NCBI GenBank assembly: GCA_030704615.1
Contig: CM060731.1
Coordinates: 79,856,001 to 79,920,000, forward strand
Origin: Takakia lepidozioides
Taxonomy: Eukaryota; Plantae; Bryophyta
Direction of reading: 5' to 3'
Length of the DNA: 64,000 nt
Numbering within the stretch: the stretch's first letter is position 1; each line of letters opens with the position of its first letter. This document shows, one piece after another, positions 38,424 through 51,849 of this stretch. Below the pieces are notes generated by a model. It worked only from the letters and a program-made list of their open reading frames with translations, was not told where the DNA came from and did not search any database. Position numbers and translations under genes: made by a program.

Positions 38424-41366
38424 CAATGTCATATGAAGGACTACTTGTTCTACTTGCCCAATGTTGCACTTGTAAGCGGTTGTAGTCAAAGCTACATACG
38501 TATATCTTGGATGTTAGCATCCAATAGGTGGCGCTGCAAGGGCATCTTAGTTACAAATGGTCGTGGGTTCAAAGTCACATAGGTGGATGTCATCCATGAT
38601 AGCCAACATCTCAGCTAGAAAAGGGGGGTCATTGGGGCAACTAGACATCTGATGTGTGGGTACTGGGTACATGGGAACTTTTGAGTTCTTTGGTCAACTG
38701 GTTACAGCCTTAGAATGCTCCCACCTTTCAAATGGCAGGCAATAGCCCTGAAGTGACATCATAACTTCCATTTGCGTCAACACAAAAATCATCTTTCTTC
38801 ACATATTGGATGTCATGTCCCAATATGGAGTAATTAGGCAAGGCCAACAATGGGTATATCTGGTGCACAAGTCAATGCCGGAGCAGGAACATCACTGGCA
38901 GGAGTTCTTGAAAGATCTTTTACAATGATGGGACAGTAGCCTTCAAAAGGTTTCCTGTTCGTGTTCCTTCTTGCCTTCATGTCAGCAAATTACCTTACCA
39001 TTTATATTACCAGGTAGGTGATCACAAACTATCAGGGAGTGGAGTTGCAGAAGTGATGAATGGGGGGGAAACAGCTTGGCTCTGATACTATCGATCTATG
39101 CATGGGGTAGTGTGGTAAGTTCGTGGTGGTCGATAGTTACTGTTATATGGTAGGATACTCTATTGAGATGACTGTTTGTCACTTATTTTCCCTGTCATCA
39201 CTCGTTTCCTCCTACATCGAATCCAAGTGCATACAACACCTCGACTTAATACTCATTCTATATACTGATAAAAATATTTAAGTTGGTTTGGTTTACATTT
39301 CACTTATACTGAGAAATATATTTGAACATACATCGAGGTAGTTCACTGACATACTAACATGTCCAAACCTACACAAATGCTAACAAGCTCGTGCTTGACA
39401 AGTCTGCCCTTCAAATCAGGTCATTGTGAGTTATACTCCCTTTCATCTGCAAGCTTCACATGCAAGCCCTCTTGTGTGCGTTGCTTTTGTCTGGAGATTT
39501 TGGAGTGATCTGTGAAAGCAACAAGGGGGCAGCTGAGCGGCCGAGTCTCAACCCTCGACCCAAGTACCTTGCAAAAATCTACAGAAAAGACCTTGCACTG
39601 CATCTTACTTTCATGCCCTGCTGATGAGGAACAGCCTCGGTATAGACAGTAACCTCAGTTTTTGCAAAGCAAAGCAAGATTCTAACTTCACTCAACAACT
39701 AGGGTACAATCGAATCCACACAATGTGCACAGGCCAGAGTTCAAATCAAACTCCCTCAGACTACCAGGTGAAAGTCGAATCCTTGACTCCAAACAAGATA
39801 TGAAGCTCTATCGAAGCTTCATTGACACATAATGTGAGTACTTGGGCCGCTGGAGAGAGAAAGAAGACGCCCGCGTACCTGAGAGCCACTTCACCTTGTG
39901 GCTGCTGCCCCCCTTCAGGGGTGGGCCCTCTAAGGCTGCATGGACACCTTACCCTTCAGGTTTAATCATTCAACCAGACCTTGAACCAAGTCTTGAACTG
40001 CGGTCTTCATTTTCTGTCACAACAATCTATTCCCCTCCTTATCTCGTCCTGGTAATCTATTAACACACCACTTTTCACGTCACCAATGGAAAGTGAAAGT
40101 TGCATCAGAATCGGAATTCTCACCAGGTGCTTTCTCGTTACTGCAGGGACTAGCAGGATCTGATGCAGCTCCTCAATGTATCGCCTCATCTTTCTCCCTA
40201 GATTCTACACTCTCCTACCCTTATAGCTTCAAAATAGTGAAACTGTAATCATTCCTCTCGGATGTTTGATTTAATCAAGTTGCATAACAGTGACAAACCA
40301 GGACCTATACTACAAATGCTTGATAATATGGCTTGGCTTTCCAGTAACGTAAAGTATCATCAACAATTTGATGCAGCCATGCAGAATAAATTAATCTCTC
40401 AATGTGTCACGATTGTAAGGGCATAGTGGTAGACTAACTCGCCACAGCTCCACAGGAAGGGACTGTCACAAATAAAAGAAGCATCGTCCGCAGTGACACA
40501 GCAGTATATTGAGCCTTAGTGGATTGGGTGGATGCATGGTTGTACACACTCTTGGATTCAAGATTCTAGCTTCAACAAACCTGGATTGAGAGGATACTTG
40601 GTTATCTTCTGCACCTCTTGGTCATCACATTGGGTAGATCCAGGTCTAACTCCATCTCAACTTCTCAGGTTTCCACAAGAGCAGGCTCAAAGCAAGTATA
40701 CTACCAATCTGCAAACCTTTGCCAACATATTTTGAAAATTGATTGGGTAGAAAGGGGATGTAAGTATGAAAGTCCCACCGGTATCAATTGACAAGAACAC
40801 TACTCTCACTGTAGATGCTGACAGATTACTAAGAGTAGATGCTAATCTTGATCTAGAGGTATCACTCATAGTGAGGAATTAAAATCCATTTCAATAAGGA
40901 CTATTCATTTAAGGTTTAAGAACTTTTTGGATGTGTGTACGTACAGGAGGCTCTGTTGACTCCCATGCAACATAACGGTCATTCTGGTGACCAGTGTGCT
41001 GCGGCATGGCACACTTAGTATCTGCCACTCCCCAAAGTAATCAGCACGAAGATGAGCATCCCCTCATAAAAATGGCAAACATTCTGGAGGGGAACTTGAT
41101 AGGAGCTTGGTCCTGCTCCATATCCGCACTCAATTCTTCAATATGACACTGTAACACGTGTCAGGATAGCCCATTGCGTGGCCCCAGGGCCCCCAGTCGC
41201 ATCTGTACTCAAATCTGTAGGATAGATGTGTTTTTCCTTTCATGGGCCAATTGGCTTGCATTGCAAGCTAATAAAATGTGCGGCTATCTGAAGCTTATAC
41301 CCGTTGAATAAGTGCAACTTTGAGAGAAATATCATATTGCCTGACAATTCCATGTGTGCATCTGAT

Positions 41367-44300
41367 CTACATTGAGTTCTTCGATACTTGGGCGAACGTC
41401 TTCTCTAGCTTTTCGACAATGAACTCAAAGCTAGGTCGCTCTTGATATTGCGGTGACCAACATTTCTCCATGAGCGATCTCACACGTCTGGGATAATGTT
41501 TAGCTGTAGCCAAGGGAGGGCGATATCCATGCGCAACTTCTTCAGCCACTTTTTTTCTCTTCCAAAAATGGCGGGATTCGTCCCGCTCAAAAATTTCGTG
41601 AAGGACCATCCCAAAGGCAAATACATCAGCGCTCTTATGTAAGAGACCTGACCCTCTGAGTTGCTCAGGTGCCGCTCGATATGAGCGCGGATGCCATTTG
41701 GCTGGCGGCTTTCTGAACTTCCTCAAGCCAAAATCAGCGACCCTCACGATCTCTTTTGCTTCATCAACGAGGATGCAATCAGGAGACAGTTCACCGTGAA
41801 TGATGGTGACCTGCTCTTCATGCAAGGAAGCCATTGCAAGGGCAACTTGAAGAGCAATCTTCACTGCCAGCGGAGCAGCCAACGGCCACCTATCATCAAG
41901 GTAATGACGCAGGGTCACCCCACTCAAAAGTTCAGTAACCACAACAAATGGGGGACGTTGGGTCGCTCCAATATAGTGCACTAGGTTGGTATGCCGCATC
42001 TTCACCAACATCTCCATCTCAAGCTTGAAAGCGGCAATGCTTGCCTCATCATCAATCAGTGTCACCTCTATGTATTTAGCTAGAACCAGTTGCTTTTGTC
42101 TCCATCGAGCATGCCACACTGACAAAAATCCACTGCCTCCAAGATGCAGTTTTTCCAGCCGGGCAATATCTCCATATTCCACAACCCATTCCCAATCAGT
42201 TGTATCTGTAAAACCCAATCATTGATCTCATCAGTACCCAAGGTTGCACTCATCTTCAAATTCAACATCAATCTGAAGAGTCACCTTCAGAACAATGTCT
42301 GACTGTAGGGAAAGAAAAGACAGAAGGGAATTGTTTTTTTGCAAGTCTGTGTGAAGACTGGTGAACAAAAAATGTGGCCCACTTACAGAAAACATTATCA
42401 TTCCGTAACCATGCTTATGGTTCACGGTCTCTCAAGCAGATTGTCAAATGAATATCCTTGAAAATACTGAGAGTCTACATACTTACAGTCAAATGTAGGC
42501 ACAGAAGCTAAACTGAGTAAACATAATCAAACTGAAGGGTATTTCAGAAGGCATACATACTGAAAAGAAAGACAACATGCAACAGAGAAAGAAAAAGGGC
42601 AGACAAAGACGAAAAGAAACTGTGACGTGAACAAAAATAGCATAACTACCAATATGGATTCGTATACAAGCAGAGAATAGAAGCAAACACTTCGAGACTG
42701 TCTCTACCCAGTCCATGGATGAGAAACAGCATGTAAAGCCATGACAAGCCACCATCACTTCCACACTTTCATCAGCTCCTGACAAAGGGGTGCTAGGAGC
42801 ACAGTACTAAAGAATGGAACTGAACATCCCTGATGGTGTAGAAGAACAGGGAACTCACCTATAAAATCATCCTCCTCAATGGTGCAAGTATCCTCAAGAA
42901 GCATGTTGCCTGCCTGTGTACGCTCGCAACCATTGTATGCGACCACCTGTAGCAAAGAATCTCGAAAGTGTCGAAGTCGTTTGCAGATGTCAACAAAGTT
43001 GGGTCGCTTGCGTGGATTGGTGTCCCACAATCGATCAATGTAAGAAGCAAGATCTTGAGGAATCAAATCTGTTGGCAAATCAGGTCTATCACCACCTTTT
43101 ATCTTCGCATAGAAGGAACTTGTTGACTCTAATGGAACATTTGCAAATGGTGTTTTACCGGACAAAATTTCGTAGCATACCATACCATAGCTGTACACAT
43201 CAGCTTTGAAGGGGTAATGCTTTTGTCCAGGATTCATGCATTCAGTGTGAAATATTCTGAAAAGCTCAGGAGCCTTCCATACAAGAGTCCCAACAGTCCA
43301 TGACAGTGGTGTGAAGGTAGAGTATTTGAGGTTTGCTTTGGCCATCCCAAAGTCCGTCAGCTTCACAGTCAAGCAACCCTTCTGTGCCAGTTCAGGATTT
43401 CTGTTTGGTTTCACAAGAATGTTAGCACTCTTGAGATCTCGGTGTGCCATGCCTTTGCTATGCAAGTAGCGCATCCCTTTAGCAGTTTGTAGCATGATAT
43501 CAAGTGCCACGAGAAGTGGAAATGGTGAATTCAGCTTTGCTCGCATCCTTTCACAAATGTGTTCCTTGAGACTTGTGTCCATCAGCTCCATGATGATGTA
43601 TGACTTTCCGTCCTCTACATGACAGCCATACATTTGCACAATATTGGGGTGATGAAGCTCCGACAAAATCCTGACCTCTTGACCTGCTGTGCCTTGTCCA
43701 CTTTCAATAATTTTCATAGCGCACTGCATGCCGAGGCACCTTACCTCAAACACTGATCCATAAGCTCCCTTTCCCAACAGCCGCATTCGATTTTTGTGAA
43801 GTTGAGGTACATCCACTTTTATGTTCAGCGTTGCTATGGCCTGTGCGGAACGGTCTCGATGAAGTAACTTCTTGGCTAAGTATGACCCTGAAGTCCACAA
43901 CTCCGCTGTTTGATCTTCACATGTGATATCCCACCCATTGGGCCCTATATGCTGGTTAAGATTCAAAAGCAACTCTTGGCGATCCTTTTGCAGAAGCTCT
44001 TTGCAGTCGCTCTCCCATCCTTCAAAGAAGGTCAAGTACTCAGCCATGGCTGATGCTTGAAGCTCCCGAACATTTTGCTCTGACCTTCCCGGATCGCTTG
44101 TTGCAGCAACTATGGCGATGTTCAAGGCGCGGCTGTACCACTTCAGGTCAAGGATAATCTCCGCATACGCAAAAATGTTCTCAGCCAGCTCAACTGCTGC
44201 CCTTACCCAGTCGGCATGTGAACAGTGTTTGTGGATCAAAAATTCTGTTTCCCTCACAGTGCTGAGAAGAGCTGTCAATGTGGCTACACATTCTTGGCTA

Positions 44301-44500
44301 TGGGTAATGATCTCGGATTCTCGAGTCTTCAATAAATCTCTTGTCTCAAGCAGATACTTGGTCACAAGGTACTTGCAGAGGGAATGATTGAAGTACAATG
44401 AGTTTGATGTATGGTACTCGATCCGATCAATTGCCATGACTGTGAGCTCCAGGCACTCTTGTGGAGTTTGGAAGTCGATATTTAACCATCGTGCTGACCT
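41367..44500 (-). CDS. Tandem kinase protein: helical (MLKL/4HB-like) N-terminus + intact TKL/Raf-like kinase + pseudokinase
   Basis: Exon ~44500-42859 has GKGAYG, CAMK, HRDLKSAN, DFG, GTLVWKAPE, DVYSYG. Phase-1 donor ATAG|GTGAGT, an 18-nt micro-exon 42302-42285, and phase-1 acceptor TTTTACAG|AT at 42205 lead in frame into the second domain (VLAK, HGELSPDC, DFG, APE, DVFAFG). The 5' end is uncertain (in-frame ATG at 44437). Confidence 0.85.
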
Positions 44501-46044
44501 CTGACAAAGATTCAGCAATGTCAGATAATGATCGATGGACTCGTTAACACACATCTCATGAAGCAGCAGCCTTCAACCTGTCCTTTTCGATAGGCAAGCA
44601 TCCTCTGGATCATGACTAGATGAAAGTGAATTAATATTTCAGATGTCACAAACACTGCTACACTTATGAGGTTTGAGAAGAAGGGGCAGGCAAGCGGGTG
44701 CCAACGCCTCCTCCTCATGTAAGGCCAGGGTTTGATGAGCTTAACCTTCACAATGATTTACAGGATACTTCACTGATACCCTGAAGGAGACAAATTATGA
44801 GTTGGAGCTTGAGAGCTTCCACAGTGTGCACACAAAGCAGAACATATCGTGTCATAACTCATGCTAAATAAAGCATTGCTCTAAGAATTTCAGCACAATG
44901 ACGTAGACCCACATTGTCATAGCTGCTGGAGTATGGGATTTAGGCCACCCAAGTTCACAGGGCCAGTGCATCATGGACCGCAAGAAACTGCTGCCAACAA
45001 GAACATCAATTGACTGGTAAATATTAAAAGATGAGAAAGTTCATAATGATTTCTTTGAAGAGTCCGGCCTGGGTTGGCCTAGAGCCAGTGTGGGTGGCTG
45101 CACACATGCCCGTAGAACACCCTTATTCTTCAAATAAACTGACTACGTCGATCACCACACGAACAAACATATACACACGTCGAAAATGGGACTTCGGACA
45201 CTCACCGAGTAAGAATCGGTGAGTCGACGAGTATGCGCTGCGAAAGCACGCCAAACCCTTAACATGGTGGCTGCCAACGAGTATTCCCGTACGCCAAGTG
45301 CCCAGGACATTGTTGCAGAATCAACATCGACTTCGCAAGCTACGTGAAGAAATCATCAAGTGCTAGATTTCCAGAACCATATAGTTCTGAAACCCATATA
45401 GTTACAACCTCCTCTGAATTCTGAGGCCAACAGGATAGGCTAGTCGCACCCAAAACCAGACCAAACCGCAACAGGTGAGCTGCAGATTCACTCCCCCGTA
45501 AGAACCCTGTCATCCCAACGCTGGGGTAATTAGCATTGGTGCCCACCAACCTCCGAGTTGCAAAAACCAAATAGAGTGTGTGACTGATAAGAAGTTCTTA
45601 GACATAGCGGGTCCATAACAATTAGCTCCACTAAGACCTTCGGCGGTATGCTGCATCTTCACATCAACCCTAGTTTCAAAAGATCAGGTGTGACAATAAT
45701 GCCACACCTGAATAGAATCTGAAACATATTTTCTCCACAACCCACCACTAGACTCCGGCAGCTGACACATTCTCCTCAAATATGAAGCAGCAAAGTCCAT
45801 CATGCTTCCGGAACCGTCAAGGCGGTGGTGAGGAAACCCCCAGAGAAGTCCCTGGACTGTAAAACGTTGACCCGCAGCAAGTGCCAGACAAGCTGGGCTA
45901 TCGGGGATACATAAATGAAACAAGTTGGATTTATGGACGATGACCTCATCTTCTCATTAGTTTCTGTGTGGATGAATGACATGGCAGCGGCTCATCTCTC
46001 TGAATGACATGGAGGTAAGCGGAGAGGATTACGATGTAGTATAC

Positions 46045-46722
46045 GGGCCGGTTTACACGAGGGTCCGGGTCCAAGACCAAGAAAATGACATGGCTGCCTA
46101 GATGGCATGATTTATGGCGCCAAATTCTTGGGCCTTGCCCAACAAAAGGAAATGGAGACCCAACTCTTTCCCTGGGCCCAAGAAACCTAGCATTAAAATA
46201 TATATTTTAAAGCCTATCACAGCCGTAGGATGGAAACAGGTGACATATGGGGTTGTACGCAGATAGAGACTAGAGCTCCCGACGGCCACCACGTGACACA
46301 GGTGCTGCCATGTAGAATCATCAGCCCTCTCTATCTCTTGGACCTTCTCTTTCCATGATGAAGTCATCAACAATCTAGCATATTGCAATAGTTTATACTA
46401 AGTTGTTGCAATGCCAAAATGGTTGTAATCATGTGCTTAAGGCCATGAAGAGGACCAAGGCCATCATAGGAGTATTATTACTTCTTGCTTCCATGGTTCA
46501 GGGATTCAAGATTTGATGGGAGACATCGCGAAGCGAAGAAGAGACAGTGGAGGGGGTGGGAGAGTGGCTGATATAGTGTGGGTTGGGCCTTAGGCTTGGG
46601 CCCAATAGGTTTACACGGAGAGGGCCCAATTCCTTAAAAATTATATTTTAATCAGTTCATTCAGCCCAATTGTGGGCCCAAAAGCTCTAGTCTTGGGCCC
46701 GGGCCCTCGTATAAACCGGCTC
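46045..46722. mobile_element. PIF/Harbinger-type MITE
   Basis: About 35-bp TIRs G(G/A)GCCGGTTTA(C/T)ACGAGGG(T/C)CCGGG(T/C)CCAAGAC(C/T)A, flanks TAC/TAA, noncoding interior. Confidence 0.8.
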
Positions 46723-48199
46723 TAAAATGGTTGTCTCAGTTTGTAGGAGGTGATTTGAGATGTAGGAGTGTCCATTCAAGCCCCCCAAGTCTGCGTGGGC
46801 TCTGTATAGGGGAAGGCCCTGAGTGGAGGGCATTCCTCGATATAAGGACATTGGCCCGAGGGCGGGAGCCCGAGGAAATGCTCGAAAATCGAGGAATGCC
46901 CGAGGGGCCTTAAAGGCCTCTCATTTTACAATATTAGCGACGTTATGGCGCACGCGCGACCTGAGCGGTGGGCCCCGTGCACGGGCGCCCGGCTCCCCCC
47001 GCCGGACCCCCCCCCCCCCCCCCCCCCCACCGCCCTGCGCGGTCCCCCCCCCCGCTTCCCCGCGGCAGCTCTGCCCACGCCCCCAGTCCGCCGCGGCCGG
47101 TCCGTTGTGTCAGTCCCCTCAGTCTGCCCGCCAGTCCGCTGCCCATGAGTCCGCTCCTCGCCAGTCTGCCGGATAGCCAGTTTGCTGGCCAGTACGCTGG
47201 AGGCCAGTCTGCTGCACCAGTTCCCCAACTTCCAGTCCGTCGACAAGGCCCAATCTGGACCGTCCGCTCCTAAATCCCATCTGAGCCCTCCATTTTTAGG
47301 GCCTAAACCCTGCAATCAAATCCGGTCTGTCTCTTGTGAGGGCTCTTTGTTGTCCGATGTTGCGGTAGGCGTTTCCACGCACGCCCGTCTTCTTCTTGTG
47401 CATGAGCAACATTGATGATGATGAGGGGTGTGCCTGAACATGGCAGGACTGTCGGGGCGGGCTCTACAACCACCATCGTGCATATGCTTCCACTATTTTT
47501 GCCTTTTTGTTGTGCTTTAGGGAACCTTGGGCTTTCTGGTATGGCTGTATGTCATAAATATGCTACTGCCTTATCTGTCCTCCATATCGTCATCTGCTTC
47601 TGATCCCTCATGATACGCTTAACGCCTTCGTTTTGCATCCGTTCTGAGGGGCTTGACCCCTTCGTACTGCAACGGAACCCATGAGGGCGGAAATCGCGGA
47701 AGCATATGCACATGGGGGAGTGTATACATTGCAGATTTCGTATCGGACGGCAGGACTGTTTAGGGGACCAAGTAAAAAGGCTTGCAAGGTACGTGCACAA
47801 GTTGTGCATAATGGAGAACCCAAAGAAATGATGCTTTGTGAAGGATCCAGATCATATGATAAAGGGGTTGGCAACAAACTCCAGCATTCATGCTCATCGT
47901 GTCAATGGACATGATCCACTCTTAAGGTCCTCAAACATCCACAAGGTCTGGTTGAATGCACAGGTCTCAGCCATGACCATCTCCTTACTGAAGCGGAAGC
48001 AGAATCTGTACATTGCCCAGTTCTGAAGGAGGAGAGGTGGCTGAGACATGTGGAGTCTGCCAGATCACGTGGATGTTTGTGGACTTTAGGAGCGCATCTT
48101 CTCCGATGACAATTGAGGACAATGACGACAATTCAGATATCAGTTTGATGTACTGTCACTTTATTAGTCCATTCTGCCGCGAGTCTGCGAGCATTGGGT

Positions 48200-49930
48200 C
48201 TGCTGGCCCGTCAGTGCCAGCAATATCCCTCTTTGGCCCTAAATATCATGTCGTCAGTCTGTTGAACCGTGGGTGTGCTGGAAGGCCGTCTGTTGGGATA
48301 TCAGTCTGTTGCACTTGTCACTTTCTAAGCCAGTTCTGCCGGGAGTTTGCTGGTGCAAAGTGGGAGAAAGTTGTGATTGAGGGTTGGGTCTGTTCGACTT
48401 TCCCTCAGTCTCTTCTCCCGTCAGTCTGCTGGCTTCTTCTCCCATCAGACTCTCGTCAGTCTGTTGAACCCTCCTTTGCTAGATACTCTTCTATGGATAT
48501 CAGTCTGTTGTGCCGCCAAACTCTTTGAAGTGGGACTGTTCGACTTTCATGTTTACCCTCAGTCTCATATACCGTCATTATGTTGAACCGTCGGTCAGGT
48601 GGAAGTCCGTTTCTTGGGATATGAGTCCGTTGCACTGGTACTTTGCACTGAATTGTTCCGTGTGTCCGTTCGCAGTGGGTCTTAGGCAGTCCTGTTATCT
48701 TCTTTCCGCTGGACCGCACTTTCATTCGCTTTGCATTGCCCGCCAGTCTGCTGAACCTCGGTCTGGTGGTCACTAGGTCTCTGGCGATATCAGTCAGCTA
48801 CATGAGAAGACTGTCTGCAGTGGGTCTGTTGAGCCATCATTGTCATCACGTCCGCCTACTGAACAGTCTGTCTTTTGGGATATCAGTCTGTTTGAAATTA
48901 GTCTGTTGTCGCGCAAGTCTGTTTTCAGTGGGTCTGTTCGGCTGTCATTGTCATAAGGTGTAAGTCTGTTGGACGTAATAAATGCAGCAACGGCGGCAAG
49001 GATGCCCAGTCACAGAGGGACACGTCACCAGACTCGCCCCGCGGACTGTTTTTTGATGGTAGTCTCTCCTTAGTCTCTTCGTCAGTTAGTTTTACCTTCC
49101 GTCTACTGTACTGTCCTTGCAGTGGCATAAGAAGTTTGCGGTGGGTCTGTTGGTCCGTCATTGTCTTCATGTGCAAGTGTGCTAGACATAATAAGGGCGG
49201 CAACGACGCCCACTCATCCCTCGCCACGTCCTCAGTCTCGTGTCTTTCAGGCCTCAGTCTACTTCAGTCAGTCTCCTTTCACTCTCTTCTCGGTCTGCCT
49301 CAGTCTGCTCTTCGCTAGTCTGCTAGATTGACCGTGCAGTGGCACACGAGTCTAAGATGAGGACGACGAGTCTGCCGACGAAGACGAGGAGGTAATGCCC
49401 AGTCTATTTGTGTAGCTGCTCGGTCTGCTGCATCAGTCCGCTGGTCTATCCGTTGCTTAGTCCCCTGCATCAGGACGCAGGTTCAGTCTGCTCGTCTTCC
49501 TTCGTGAGTCTGCTGGTATAGTCCCCTGCTGCAGTCCTGTGATTCAGTCTGCTGGTGAGTGAGTCTGTTGGGTATGCAAGGTAGTCCTGTCATTTACTCT
49601 ACTAGTGAGTTAGTCTGCTGGGTTCGTAAGGGAGTCGTGTCATTCTGTCTGCTGGTGAGTAAGTGAGTCTGCGTGGATCGTAAGGGAGTCGTGTCATTGA
49701 GTCTGCTGGTGAGTGAGTGAGTCTGCTAGATTCATAACGGAGTCCAATCATTCAGTCTGCTGGTGAGTGGGTCTGTTGGGTTCGTAAGGAGTCCAGATTA
49801 TCAGTCTATTGCGTTCGTAAGGGAGTCATGTCATTGAGTCTGTTGGGCATGAGTGAGTCTGCTGGGTTTCTAAGGGAGTCCTGTCATTCAGTCTGATCGT
49901 CAGTCCGCACATTCAGTCGATGGTTTAGTC
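48200..49930 (+). repeat. CAGTCTG-rich repeat region including ~50-60-bp tandem units (49540-49900)
   Basis: Unit is roughly TCATTCAGTCTGCTGGTGAGTGAGTCTGCTGGGTTCGTAAGGGAGTCGTG; dozens of (C/G)AGTCTG motifs from 47100 onward. Confidence 0.8.
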
Positions 49931-50712
49931 TGTGTCGCGGGCCTTTGCCTTGAGGGCAGGGGGTCGGGACACATGAGGGGCTGCCCCTGTGGTGGGGGCA
50001 GCGGCAGCGATAGGTATGGGGGGCTGAAGCACCCTTGAGTGCCCAAGGCACTCAGGGAAGCGGAGGCGCTCACTAGGTGGAGCCCCGCACACCGGGTTGC
50101 AGTGGGGGTGGCTCCACAAGGGATGGTGGTAGCTTAGCGGGACTTAGTGGGGGTGGCATAGGACTCACCATGGGGGCGGAGACCTCATGGTGGGAGTCGT
50201 GGGGAGTCTTGGGACTCATCACGGTCCATAGGGGCCGTGGTGAGCGGGCCAAGACTCACCGCGACTCATCACCGGGAGTCGAGGGTTTTCGTGGTGGTTC
50301 GCCATAAAATGGCATGGCTGGTTGTGAAACCCCCGCGGACAGCTACAGAAGTATATATAGGGAGTAGTAACCCCGAGAACGGTGCAAGCCCGTTGATGAC
50401 CAAAAACTAGTGAGTAAGCGAGCGAGCCAGAAAGCGACCAAAGAGTGGGGAGCTGTTCCGGACTGCCATCTACCAAAGGGAATTCTCCTAGTCCCAAATA
50501 GGTGGAGGGTTTAGTGGGAAGCGAAGGGGGACCGTTATGCCCCGGTGAGCAGCCGAAGCTCCAAGTTGGCCCGGGCGGCCAGGTTGGGAGTCAGGCGCGC
50601 GCATCGAAGCGAGTAACTATGACTTGAAGGGGAGCTTACCGAAGTGAGGTGCGCGATACTTGGTATCAGAGCTTAGAGTTCAGTACGCGATCGTCCTTGG
50701 GATTGGCCTCAT

Positions 50713-51800
50713 CATGGGGTCGGGCAAGCCGAAGCGAAAGCGGAACGGCCCAAAAGATGATGATCCCGGTGAGCCTGATGGGGGCGGCGTGTCACCGAGG
50801 CGGCCGTTTGAGGAAGCGATGCATGTTTCCAAAAACGAGGGCGCCCAAGAGCTGGAGGAATCCGAGGAGTCGGAGCCCGAGGAATCCTTGAGAGCTCCGA
50901 CAAACCAAGAGATGCCTCCCATGCCGGCAGCCTTTTGGGAAGGGTTGTTGGCGCAGTTTGGCGGGACGTTGAAAGACGTGTTGAAGGCGGCTAATGCCAC
51001 TTCCGCTAAGGCAAAGTTTAAGATGAAGCCTAAGCGTCCGAAATCGGAAGGCACTCAACACCTGGCTCTTGGAGCTAGAGCAGTACTTTCGGGCGGCCAA
51101 GTTGAGTGACGAGGATCGGGTGGAAGTGGCTCCCACCTATTTGAGGGGCTATGCTCAACAATGGTGGCAGAAACGCCTTCACGACCGAGGCCCAAGCCCG
51201 GAAACCTTGAACTGGAGTGGGTTCAAGGAATTGATGAAGAGACAGTTTGTGCCCCTCAACGCGTCCTGGCTTGCTCGGGACAAGATGAGGAATTTGAAGC
51301 AAACAGATGACATTCGGGGGTATGTCCAGGCTTTCAATGTGCTGTTGCTCGAAGTCGCGGACATGGCAGAACCAGAAATGGTCTTCAACTTTGTGGCGGG
51401 ACTGGCCCCATGGGCCAGGCGGAAGTTGGAGGAGAAGCCACCCAAGACTTTGAACGAGGCAATTGAGAGGGCTGAATGTTTCTCGGATGTCCCTAGGGGT
51501 GAGAGACAAGGCCGTACAGAGCTGAACCACAAGAAGACCCGGCGGGAAGGTGACTCCTTCCGACCGGAAAAGAAGTGGGATAGGCCACGCGGCGACAATG
51601 GCACGTGGAAATCGAAGGGAGGGCCTTCACACGTCAAGGCGGCACCCGGTGCTTCGAAAGGAAAAGCGGGTGGAGCGGCTTATGGCGGACAGAAGGCGAG
51701 CTTTGATGGAGTGTGTTTCAATTGCGGGGAGCCCGGGCACATGGCCAAGAAGTGCATGAAGTCCCGGCAATTGAACATGACTCGGGCGATACCATCAGTC
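50713..51800 (+). CDS. gag: Gag (retrotransposon gag + CCHC knuckle), frameshifted near 51060
   Basis: ELEQYF..YLRGYAQQWW..LKQTDDIRGYVQAF and CFNCGEPGHMAKKC. Confidence 0.85.
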
Positions 51801-51849
51801 GCTTGGTGGAAGCGGTGGTCGCCAGGACTTGCAAGGTAGGCAAATTTTC

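Noticed and set aside
46823-47315. Several Pro/Gly-rich ORFs
   Set aside because: By-products of a GC-rich poly-C tract, open in many frames.
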